From Octopus vulgaris (Eukaryota): 64,000 nt of DNA. A program made the translations under genes and the position numbers. Of the stretch, positions 52,281 to 64,000 are shown piece after piece. The notes below the pieces were generated by a model that was given only the letters and a program-made list of their open reading frames with translations, did no database searches and was not told where the DNA came from. The stretch's first letter is position 1. Each line of letters starts with the position of its first letter. The DNA is taken from positions 29,450,001 to 29,514,000 of the forward strand of contig OX597836.1 of assembly GCA_951406725.2 (NCBI GenBank). The letters run 5' to 3'.

Positions 52281-54411
52281 ATCTTGAAATCATCATCATC
52301 ATCATAGTTTAACGTCCGCTTTCCATGCTAGCATGGGTTGGACAATTTGACTGAGGACTTGCAGAGTTTCTACAGCTGGATGCCCTTCCTAACACCAGAA
52401 ATCTTGTTCCTTTCAAATGGGATTGCTTTCAAGTCTTGGTTTCAGGGTCATCGCAATAAATCTATGATTTGCCACCTCTTGTGACCATTTTCAAAACGTT
52501 TTCATCTTCCTCAACACAATCAAGAAGATCCTGTGTAGCTTTTTAAGGTGATCACACTCTACGCACTTTATTTCCAAGCACTGCTATAAACAACAAAAGT
52601 AAACAAGAACATTATACCTTAATGCACATGCATAACAGAGTTCAAAGCCAATCTGTGCTGAGTTGCTTTACTCTGTGTACTTTAGTTCTATTATCATAGC
52701 AACAGTTTCAATACTTTTCGATCAGGCCTCATATGATGCTGTTAACCAGATTCAGAACAGTGTGTAACTGGTACTTAATTTATCGACCCCGAAAGGATGA
52801 AAGGCAAAGTCTACCTTGGCGGAATTTGAACTCAGAATGTAAAGACAGACAAAATACCTATTTCTTTACTACCCACAAGGGGCTAAACACAGAGAGGACA
52901 AACAAGGACAGACAAACGGATTAAGTCGATTATATCGACCCCAGTGCGTAACTGGTACTTAATTTATCGACCCCCGAAAGGATGAAAGGCAAAGTTGACC
53001 TCGGCGGAATTTAAACTCAGAACGTAACGGCAGACAAAATACCGCTAAGCGTTTCGTTGCTTACCATAAAATACAGTATTAACAAATTTTCTCTTCAGAG
53101 GAAAAAAAAAAAAAAATGTTGAAGTACACTTGTATTGCTACATTAGTTAATCTAATTTGAGTGTCATGCTATTAAACATAATATTTATCTTCTCAGCTAA
53201 TATCAATACAAGAAGCCAACTTGACCTCAATGTGCTTTATGATATAATAACTGATTAAAGAAGAGCACTCAAGAGAAGTGGATTGATTGACAGCTGTATA
53301 TCTTTTATCATTTACTTGTTCCAGTCAGTGGACTGTGGTCATGCTGGAGCCCCACTTTGATGAGTTTTAGTTGAATAAATCAATCCCAGTACTTAGGTTT
53401 TTTTGATTTTTTTTTGTAAGGTCTGGTATTTATTCTATAGATCTCTTTTGCTGAACTGCTAAGTTCTGGGGACATAACTTAGCGGTTCAGCAAAAGAGGT
53501 CGATAGAATAAGTACTAGACTGACAAAGAATAAGTCCTGGTGTCGATTTGCTCAACTAAAGGCAGTGCTCCAGCATGGCTGCACTCAAATGACTGAAACA
53601 AGTAAAAGAATCAGATGAAGGATACAAGTTTATTAAAACCATACTGAGTAAAGTACCAGTAAACTAGTCTAGTAGCAGAAGGAATTTGAAGTCCCTGCTC
53701 ATAAATTAGTGTAGCTTGGAGTGGTTCGGGACCACTCGGAAAAAATGTTAAAATATTACACCAGAAAGGATGCAACACATCGTGTTGCTTCCCTTGCACA
53801 AATACTTTGTGTTGTCTGCCACTGCTTGTCATCTCATGCTAATTCTGACAATAAAAGTCTTAAGCCTATGATGTCGTGTAGTTTATATTTATTTTACAGA
53901 ACATTAGAAGAACAATCTTATGAAGTAATATAGTTTTGATTTTGTTTCTGTAATTTATAAGGGAAGCATTTCTTTCCTTGCTTCCACGGACCGCACGCCT
54001 AAAATATAATATACACACACACAAATATACACATGCACACACAAAGTGTACATATACACATGTCTCTACCAGCAATTAATATGCACATACCAGTTGCCAG
54101 GAATGAGTTTAATGTGCAAAATTAGTCTATCTAATTGTGTTACACCACTAAATTTGGTGGCTTTTTAAGCAATGTGCTTGTGGATGGCCATTGGATTGGA
54201 TGTGGTTCTGAAGAAGAAGTAAGAACTCCTAAAATATGCATATACACCCATTCCCTATTTTTCTATCTTCAATCACATTGTTTATATAGACCAGAGGTTT
54301 TCAAACTTCTTGGGCCACCCCTCCTCATGGCTACATAATACCCTCAGTGCCCCGACCCCTATTTTTATGTATAAAATAAATATTTTATATTTTACTAATT
54401 TATATATACTA

Positions 54412-54774
54412 CTAGCAGTATCGCCCGGCGTTGCTCGGGTTTGTAAGGGAAATAACTATATAAGCATTTTTAGAGATGTAAAGTATAATAGCCATCTCAA
54501 TATGGCTAACCACAAAGGGGGTGTTACTGTAGCTTTTTACGTTCTGAGATTTAATAATAAATTTTTAGAGAGTTACTTCCCTTATATATGCCAAAAATGC
54601 ATTAAAAATGGGAAAAATTGATGGTAATTTTTTTTTTAAATCTTAGACTCATCATAGACGTGCGCTAATACCCAGAAGGGCTCGATATGAATCACGACCA
54701 CAAAATGTGGGAGTAGTTAGGAATCTAAATCGTAGGAGACAGACAGCACACAACCTCACTTTTATATATAAAGA
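54412..54774 (-). mobile_element. Non-autonomous Helitron nested in an hAT-like MITE (~54292-54967)
   Basis: A|TC...hairpin...CTAG|T on the minus strand; host begins CAGAGGTTTTCAAAC and ends TTTGGGAACCTATG. Confidence 0.85.
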
Positions 54775-55963
54775 TGAATCATTTGATATTTAATATATTA
54801 TATAATTTGTATAAAATATTAAAATAAATTCATAGCATCCTCCAATTCACTGCCTTCCTCCCAACGCCTCCTGTTTCTTTATGCCCGCCCCCTTAAGCAC
54901 TAGCGCCCACCTGGACTGTCTCAACGCCCACCGGGGGGTGTGGTAGCGCCCATTTTGGGAACCTATGATATAGATGTATTTGTATAAGAAACCTCATATC
55001 TTTCAGTGCTGGCTCTAATTTCTAAAGAAAATCCATGGAATTTGAAAAGTAATATGTGTGTGAGTGTGTGTGTGTGTGTGTGTGTGTACCTGCATATGCT
55101 ATCAACTTAACCAGAACACAGCTGTTGAAACCAACTCGTTACAAACCAGTCACTTAAAACAAGTTTATTTCTCAATTTTTTTTTCAAAAATTAAAATTTT
55201 TTTTTTCTTAAATTGTAATCTCATTAGAAAGCAAAGAATTTCAAAATTATCAATTACAAATTAGATTTTCATGAAAAGAATCTTCAATTGAAAATTTTCA
55301 ATAATAACAATAATAATAATAATATTTATTCACACGAATGTAAGATAACAATTCTATAAAGAGATTCTCAGATTCTGAGAGCCAATACTCTGATAAATAA
55401 ATAAATATTTTAAGAACAAAAAGAAATTTAAAAAATGGATTGTTTTAACAATAGAATTGTATAATCTTTTATTTCCTTCCCATCTGAGGTAACTGAACAA
55501 ATTAACACTTTTGCAAGCAGAAAACCTGTTTGGTTGTCAGAGTTTGAATTTGAAGTGCGGACAAAAGATAGTGTTGACAGTTAGCAAAGATTTCTTTCTA
55601 TTTCTCTTTCCACCCTAGATTATTAAACAAACAAACTATTTAGCTTTTTTTACAAGCAAGAAAATAAAAAAAAAAAACTTGTTTGGTTGGAAAGAGAATA
55701 ACTTGAGAAGAAGCATCAATGAAACAGTGTTGATGGTAAGCAAAAACAAAAAAAAAAGTTCTTTTCCATATATGAGACTTATCGTATTATATTATTTACT
55801 GTGAACCTGTATAACAGTTAGAAAATGGGAGTCAGAGTCTGTTAATATCATAGAAGTTATGTTGAAAAATATATCTATATTTTGCATTTAATTATAATTT
55901 TTTTTTAGTCAGTCTGAACTAATCAAAAGCTCTTTACAATCTCTATATATAAAATATATATAC

Positions 55964-56012
<49 letters not shown>

Positions 56013-56036
56013 TATATATATACACATAAAATACAC

Positions 56037-56088
<52 letters not shown>

Positions 56089-56125
56089 ACACGTATATAT
56101 TTTTATACACACACACACGTTTGTG

Positions 56126-56175
<50 letters not shown>

Positions 56176-56684
56176 AACATACTGGGAGAAAGGAAAGAAA
56201 CAAAACGATGTGTGTATACATATGTCTGTGTGTACAATTCTTTTGTTGTGTGAAGAGTTACACATTGACAGAAAAATCTGAGTAGCAGCACAGTGAAATA
56301 GCAGCTTTGAATGAATATGCGCTACCAAATGTATTGAGTACAATTTTTTTTTTCTCTTCCATTTGTACATTCAAGCATAAATATAACACCTGTAATGCTT
56401 ACAAACACATACATATAGCAATACCAATGCATAAATTATATAAAGTGAAACATTTCCCATTATTCACTGTGAAGGACAGGAACAAGACACTCAGAATAGC
56501 TACTGAGTAAAGCTTCAATTTTGGATAACTGAAAATTATACATATATATATATAAAATGAATAACACATATATATGTATGTGCGTGTGCCTATATATATG
56601 TATGCATATATATGAGTGTATATCTATACATATATGTGTGTGTTGGGTGTTCAAACATTAATACACAAAATTGCAGAAAAACAT

Positions 56685-57050
56685 GCTCTGAGCACTTTTT
56701 CGAACTCCACCTGTCTAACACCTGTGGATATGTTTACAAAGTCAGAATACAGCACAGCTCCCATGACTTTAGGAAACATTTTTTCACACTAAGAGTTGCT
56801 GAAGTATGGAACAAACTGCCGGCATCAGTTGTTAGTTGTCGGAGCACTGCATCCTTCAAAACTTCCATGCTTCCTGAGATTCGCCAACACTGCACCTGAT
56901 TTTCTCCCCTCCATACACACGCAAGCATGTATCTGACTCATACACTGTTCACTTTCCAGACATTTGTACATTACTGCATATACTTTATACGCACTTTTGA
57001 CAAGTTGTGGTGCACCTGAGCACTGTATACAATAATTTCATTATTATTAT
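56685..57050 (+). mobile_element. CR1-clade LINE 3' end (ORF2 C-terminus, 3' UTR, (ATT)n tail)
   Basis: NTCGYVYKVRIQHSSHDFRKHFFTLRVAEVWNKLPASVVSCRSTASFK, matching the TRGH..K...R..FF..RV...WN.LP motif. Confidence 0.85.
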
Positions 57051-58719
57051 AGTGAAACGCATAGATCTATTTAAGTGACGGGGTTCTCAAACCAGTGTAC
57101 AGGTACCTCTAGGAGTATGCAAGATTTGTAAAATCACTGGATCTCTGAAGTAATCATAGCCAACTAAATGTACTTTACTTATCGTGTTCACTTGACACAC
57201 AATAAGCTAGCTGGATGTCAGCTTTAAGATCACTAAACGTACTACTTCATTCAGTTATTTCCCTAGTTGTCTGCTACATCTGCCCCAAGACGGTCAAACT
57301 TAGCATCTTCAAAACATATTTTCTTATATCTTCTGTTGTTCCCAAACATATCTGGCAAAAGGCTGAAGTTACATAAAAGATTGTTAGTTGTTTCAGTCAC
57401 TAGACTGAGGCCATGCTGGGGCACCACATTGAATGGTTTAGTTGGACAAACCAGCCTTAGTGCTATATCATCATCATCATTTAACGTCCGCTTTCCATGC
57501 TAGCATGGATTGGATGATTTGACTGAGGTCTGGCGAATCAGATGGCTGCACCAGACTCCAATCTGATCTGGCAGAATTTCTACAGCTGGATGCCCTTCAT
57601 AATATATATATATATATATATTTCTAAGTTTGGTACTAATTCTATTGGTCTCTCTTTTGCGGAACTGGGAAATTTATTGGGACGTAAACAAACCAACACC
57701 AGCTGTCAAGCAAATACAATCACAGATGCAAACACACACCAGGGTGAGTCAAAAAGTAATCTTTTTTATCTTAAGAGGCATATTTTCCAATATACTCTTG
57801 GTTTTTAATTATCTTTTTTCCTCCCCCACCTCTCCCAGGTATATGTTGTCTGGGGACAATTCTATACCAAAGAATAGACCCAACAATTTCTCTGCATGTC
57901 ATTAAAGGTGACTCAAAGAGATTGAGGTAGGATTTGCACTTCAACCTTGTAAAACCCTCACCAGCAATTGAAATGCATTACTTTTTGACTAACATAATTC
58001 AAATTTATAGAAAAAAAAAAAGATAGGTGAGGGAACAAACACATACACACACATTGGGCTTCTTTCAGTTTCTGGCCTAGGGTATAGTAAAAGATACTTA
58101 TCCAAAGTGTCACACAGTGGAACTGAACCTGGGATTACGTGGTTAGCAATCAAACTTCTTACCACCCGTGCCTATGAAGTTATGTCTAGTTTTTGTTTTA
58201 TTCATAAAAGGTCTTCCTTGAAACATAATATTCACCTACAATACCGAGGGAACTTCTGTGATGCTGAGTTGTGGATCCGATTGTAGAGTGTTGAATGTCA
58301 TCTCTGATGTGCAGACATGTATTGTATGATTCATAGGAGTGGTTGTTGGTAACGAGTTTGTTTCCCAACCACATGGTTTTGGGTTCAGTTCCACTGCATG
58401 GTTCCTTGGATAAATGTCTTCTACTATAGCTTTGGGCTAACCAAAGCCTTGTGAGTGAATTCGATGGACAGAAACTGAAAGAGGGCTGTTGTGTTTGTGT
58501 TTTTGCTACCACTTAACAACCAGTGATGGTTTGTTTACATCCCCGTAACTTGGTTGATTAGGTGAAGGAGAACAATAGTATAAGCACCAGCCCTAAAAAA
58601 AGTAAGTGCTTGGGGTTAATTTGTTTGACAAAAACCCTTCAAGGCAGTGCCCCAGCTTGGTCACAGTTCAATGACTGAAAACAATTAAAAGATGAAGGAT
58701 GCATTTTGTATGTAAACAC

Positions 58720-59440
58720 CACTTCCAGTGCTCAAATCTGTTCTTGATGATGATGAAGACACAGTGGATTTTGTCAAATACAATCATCTAAACATGAGGA
58801 TACTGCATGTGTTAAAAGCCAATTAAATGCTGAAAAAGAGGTGCTTTTGTTTCATGGACAAGTGGGATGGATTTCAAGATATAATGTGGTAGCCTGGATT
58901 GTTGGAGGGATGAAAAAGGGAACTGAAAGATTTTTTTTTTCTTTAAAAAAATCAGAATGATGAATAAATCAAGTTTGCTATAAAACAACTGGAAGGAAAA
59001 GTTAGCTTTCTAGAATAATCCTTTTTCTACTCTAGGAACAAGGTCTGAAATTTTGTGGAAGGGAGCTGGTCAATGACATCAGCCCCCAGTGCACAATTGG
59101 TACTTATTTCATCGACCTTGGAAAGAAGAAAGGCAAAGTTGACCTTGGTGGAATTTGAACTCAGAATGTAAAGCCAGAAGAAACAACATGATGCATTTTG
59201 TCAGGCATGCTAACAATTCTGCCATCTTGCTGCCCAAACTTACCAAAATATTTCCTCACAACAAAATACAGATGGCAAAACTTTTCACAGAAACCCCGAT
59301 TTCTGTAATAGGCTTCGTCAATGAATTAAAAATCTTTCTGGTGAAACTTGAGTTGTGCAAAAGAGAAATTGATGAGGATACATTAAGTCTTTGAGAACAG
59401 AAGTGAAACTCTCTTACATTTCTGGAAGTAGGGGACATTA
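58720..59440 (+). mobile_element. hAT (Charlie/Buster) transposase fossil split by a SINE
   Basis: EVLLFHGQVGWISRYNVV resembles LL.HTEVRWLSRG.VL; NELKIFLVKLELCKRE resembles DKI.AF..KL.LW. Confidence 0.65.
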
Positions 59441-61951
59441 ATGGAAGCAGTATGTCAGCTCAGAATAATTTCATTTGCTACATGATAAGTTATGTACTAA
59501 TCTTATTAATCATCATCGTTTAACGTCCACTTTCCATGCTAGCATGGGGTGGACGATTTTGACTGAGGTCTGGCAAACCAGATGGCTGCACCAGACTCCA
59601 ATCTGATCTGGCAGAGTTTCTACAGCTGGATGCCCTTCCTAATGCCAATCACTCCGAGAGTGTAGTGGGTACTTTTATGTGCCAGTCAGGCAGTACTGGC
59701 AACAACCATGCTCAAATGGTGCTTTTTATGTGCCACCTGCACAGGAGCCAGTCCAGCGGCACTGGCAACAACCTCACTCGAATGTTTTTTCATGTGCCAC
59801 CAGCACAAGTGCCAGTAAGGCGACGCAGGTAACAATCACACTCGAATGGTGTTTTTTACGTGCCACCGGCACGGAGGCCAGCTTGTTGCTCTGGCAACGA
59901 CCACGCTCAGATGGTACTGAAACTTATTAATATTAGTTTCAAATGTTTTGTGTAAGGCCTGCTATTTCAGGGGAGGGACTAAGTTGATTACATCGACCCC
60001 AGTGCTTAACTGGAACTTATTTTATCAACCACAAAAGGATGAAAGGCAAAGTGGACCCTGCCGGGATTTGAACTCAGAATGTAAAGCTGGAAGAAATGCT
60101 GCTAAGCATTTTGCCTGGTGTACTCTTTTACTTGTTTCAGTCATTTGACTGCGGCTATGCTGGAGCACCGCCTTTAGTCGAGCAACTCGACCCCAGGACT
60201 TCTTCTTTTGAAAGCCCAGTACTTATTCTATCGGTCTCTTTTGCCAAACAGCTAAGTAACGGGGACATGAACACACCAGCATCGGTTGTCAAGCAATGCT
60301 AGGAGGACAAACACACACGCATATATATATATATACATATATACGACGGGCTTCTTTCGGTTTCCGTCTACCAAATCCACTCACAAAGCTTTGGTCGGCC
60401 CGAGGCTATAGTAGAAGACACTTGCCCAAGGTGCCACGCAGTGGGACTGAACCCGGAACCATGTGGTTGGTAAACAAGCTACTTACCACACAGCCACTCC
60501 TGCGTGATAATGATTCTGCAAGCTTGTCGCCTTTTATTTTACTAATATTAATGAAGTAGATTATCAACTCATTCAAAATCTCGTTAGCATTAATCTAAGA
60601 TCACTTGTAGAAGATCTGCAAAATAAATTTACTGAATCTGAAAATGACTCCATGGTCAAAGGTCTCTTTGAAACATTGTTCCTAACAAAATTCAGGTTTT
60701 TCATGGTAAAGTCTTACTTATTTAAGAAAAAGAAATAGACAGGGAGTTTTTTTTTTTTGTTTTTTTTACTGTTCCTAGCTATTTACTATTTCAAACAGGG
60801 CTTTTCAGCAATGTGTGTACAACCAAAACCAAATTTCATGTAAGACTGACATCTAAAAATGGTATGTGCTTGTGTATTGTCTCTGAGACTATCAAAGAGT
60901 TGGTTACTTGCTGGAAAGGGTCAAGCTCATCTGTTTAGTTAAAACCTGTGACAATACATTAAATGAAACACCAAACAATACATATCTATTGTATGTTGTA
61001 AGGTACCCAAGTAACCATTATGAAATTCACAAGCAGCACACCAGTATGGTTGAACAGGATTAATGGGTAGACTTGAAGAAAATGTTTGAGAACCCCTATC
61101 TATCTATATATATATATATATATATATATAAATACATATGTATGTGTGTGTATGTATACATGCATATATACATGTATATTATATATATAAATAAATAAAT
61201 ACATAAGTATGTAAATATGTGTGTGTTAGTATATTTATGTAGTATAGGTTTGTGTATAATTATATACACACATATTCAGTTACTTGAAACTTTGTTGTAA
61301 GCTGACGTTGTGTACCAATGAAAGATTGCAAGATCAGCCTAATATCAGGAGACATTGTGACAATCATGACTTTGTTATTGATGATGATGATAATGAAGTT
61401 GTGTAGCTCCAGGTCACTCTCAACAAGACACAGGCACACACACACGCATATGACCAAAGCCATTTTAGCTATGACCATCCCAAACATTCTGTACACCAAG
61501 GACTAAATTGTGTCCTTGGTAGACTTTGATTTGAAAGAAAGTTGACTGCTATTTTCAGCGAGTCAGCTAAGCTAAAGATGCTCTCTGCTTTGCAGGACGT
61601 GACTTTGTTTGGAGACAATCATGGATTAATTATAAAAGACAACACTGGAATACAAACCTTGTTGAACAAACAGTTCACCCACATACTCCATTACACACAC
61701 ATACGAGGGGGTGCTGAAAAGTTCCTGGTTTTAAGGGTATCGTGAAAGGCCTGGCTGGAGGCCCAACCTTCCAAGTTCTTTTACAGGGCATAGAAAAACT
61801 GAAGGACTACTGCAATAGGTGTGTGAATCTGAGAGAGGGGGAATATGTTTAATAAAATCATAATTAACTGAACCCCCTGTATTCTCTTTTCCCCAAAGCC
61901 AGGAACTCTCCAGCATCCCCCTTCGTATATATGTATAATATACACACACAC

Positions 61952-62008
<57 letters not shown>

Positions 62009-62010
<2 letters not shown>

Positions 62011-62452
62011 TGTAGGATGTATATAGACACCTTTAATTTTCAAAATTTTTAATCCAACGGTCTTAATATGCTTTCAGCAGTGTAGAATTTACAATGTGAT
62101 TATCCTTTATCATTCCAGGTGCCATTATATTAAACATTTGCACAGAGTAACCATGCCACACACAAAAAATTCAGCAGAACTGTCAGATTTTCAAAGAGGT
62201 CATATTGTTGGGCAATCTGAGGCTGGTCTTAGCCAGTGAAAAATTGCCAAAAATCTTCAAATTCCTCTTGCTACTGTTAATAGAGTTATAGTACAATTCA
62301 AAAGCCAAGGAAAAGAATTAACAAATTCTTGTCCCGGCCAACCTGGGCCCACAGAAAGGAAGCTTCGCTGCTTGAAGAAAACCTCTCCTTCAACCAATTA
62401 ATATCAAATAAAAGATTTTGAAAATTAAAGGTGTCTATTTACTTCCAGCATG
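62009..62452 (+). mobile_element. Internally deleted Tc1-like transposon
   Basis: ~38-bp TIR (…ATAGACACCTTTAATTTTCAAAAT); from 62153: [45 protein letters not shown] (paired-like HTH). Confidence 0.85.
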
Positions 62453-63228
62453 TCTGTCTGTGTGTGTGTATGTGTGCACACGCGCGTGCGTGCACACACA
62501 CACACACACACACATATGTGTATACAGGTACAATAGCAACTTTTCAGACACCAATGATCTAGAACCTCTTATAATTTGCACTACTTCACAATCAAGAATC
62601 CTAAATTCCTGCAGCCATCAGACTTGTTTCACAGTGCCTTGCAATATTAATAAACTTGTATCATTTATACTAATGTATAGGTGCCTGTATTTTCATTTAA
62701 TCATTTTAAGTAATAGTTGTTTAATCCAGAGTGTGCTGACCAAGGTGACCACCCCTGATTTGGAAAAAATTAGGAATCTGAAAAGGCTTTGAGCCATAGA
62801 TTCTGAAAAACTGATTTTGTACCTCTATATACACAATGTGGTCTGTGAGTGTGTGTGCATCAGATATATTGGCTAAGTGATACACCATTGATGCAACTTG
62901 AAGTAATAGAAAAGCAGTGAATTTTAGCAATGATATAAGGATTGTTATTTACTCTAAGCTACATATTGAGTACTCTTTGCATATAATATTCCATTCTTTG
63001 TAATACTAGTTGAAGTATTTCATTCATATATATATATACACACACACAAAAATATATCATGTGATTGATCAGACAACTGGATATTGTTATATATCACTGG
63101 TTAAAATGTGCTTTGCATTGTTTTAGCTTTCGCATGATGCCACCCTGTTGGCCAAGTGAGCAGGCCATATATATATATATATATCTTAGAAGATGTAAAA
63201 CACTTGTCACTCATTAATTTCTCTCTTT

Positions 63229-63260
63229 TCCCTGAAGAGGACACTGCCCAAAACGCTGGA
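63229..63260 (+). ncRNA. Decayed minimal hammerhead (family of 33241-33273)
   Basis: TCC CTGAAGA GGAC-act-GCCC AAAA CG CT GGA. Confidence 0.55.
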
Positions 63261-63318
63261 TTTTCCACTTCTCACACACCAAGTTCACTGTAATCTTTTT
63301 ATTGATTTTACAACATTT

Positions 63319-63352
<34 letters not shown>

Positions 63353-64000
63353 CATACACACACACATACATATCTCCAGCCCATGTTGAATACACTGAAT
63401 TCCTTTTGTTTGTTAAGTTTTACCATAAAATTTTGCTTCCCTCTTGAAATTATTTATAAGTCGCTAAAATATTTGCCGGTGTTTCACTTAGAAAAATATT
63501 CAGCAGAGTATAACCTGAAAAAATGGAATCTTGTGAAAATACAAATGTACATAGTGATACCTTTTAATTTACACAACTGTACTCATATTTTTAAATAAAC
63601 ATGTTATAGAAACACGTATAGAAATATCCGCTTGTTTCATTTTTGTTCCCCCCATACACACATGCTTTATTTGTGGGTTAACAAGGCTACCAATGGTTTC
63701 ATGTAGAGTGAAATCTCAACAATTATCAAGCCTGCCACATGGAAACATTGTTACATGAAACAATTGGTAGCCTTGATAGCCCGGAAAATAAAGAATGTTT
63801 ATCCACCAATGCAGTGTTGAACACTCATTCTCACTGTTCAATACTAGTGTGTGTGTGTGTACACACACATAATTGATAGCTGTAATTAGATTCTGTTGGA
63901 AATGAAGAGAAGCACAATTAAAGTAAGCTACTCAATACATCACATAGAAAGAGTGGATATTAAAAGTGACCCTTGCAAGACCAGTGCTGTTGTATTGCTG

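Larger units (their letters stand above)
51843..52730 (-). mobile_element. Mariner remnant interrupted by two later insertions
   Basis: After removing the inserts, the minus strand reads HLKGTRFQDVEEIQENAMRQLLAI...QECFHQWK...EGNYFED*. Confidence 0.7.

Overview
This is AT-rich, repeat-dense animal genomic DNA. Its tRNA-derived SINE repertoire points to an octopus (inference). One protein-coding gene can be reconstructed completely: an 11-coding-exon, minus-strand kynurenine/alpha-aminoadipate aminotransferase (AADAT/KAT II; 36900->18201; 1278 nt = 425 aa + stop; all introns GT-AG with consistent phases; PLP lysine motif DSFSK), with two candidate upstream first exons. The rest is mostly transposon-derived: several SINE families, LINE remnants (L1/Tx1, RTE, CR1, R4/Dong-like), mariner/Tc1/pogo/hAT fossils, MITEs, non-autonomous Helitrons, microsatellites and a 3-kb tandem duplication. 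Most ORF-track entries are microsatellite or repeat artefacts. The most notable signal is about a dozen minimal hammerhead-ribozyme motifs from at least six sequence families linked to Penelope-like elements. They include (i) a 3.2-kb fold-back with ~970-bp arms, each carrying an intact hammerhead; (ii) a GIY-YIG Penelope fragment whose 3' repeat joins a tRNA-derived Pol III head to a hammerhead; and (iii) a ~200-bp TSD-flanked element whose hammerhead core appears to carry a swapped G3:C8 pair.
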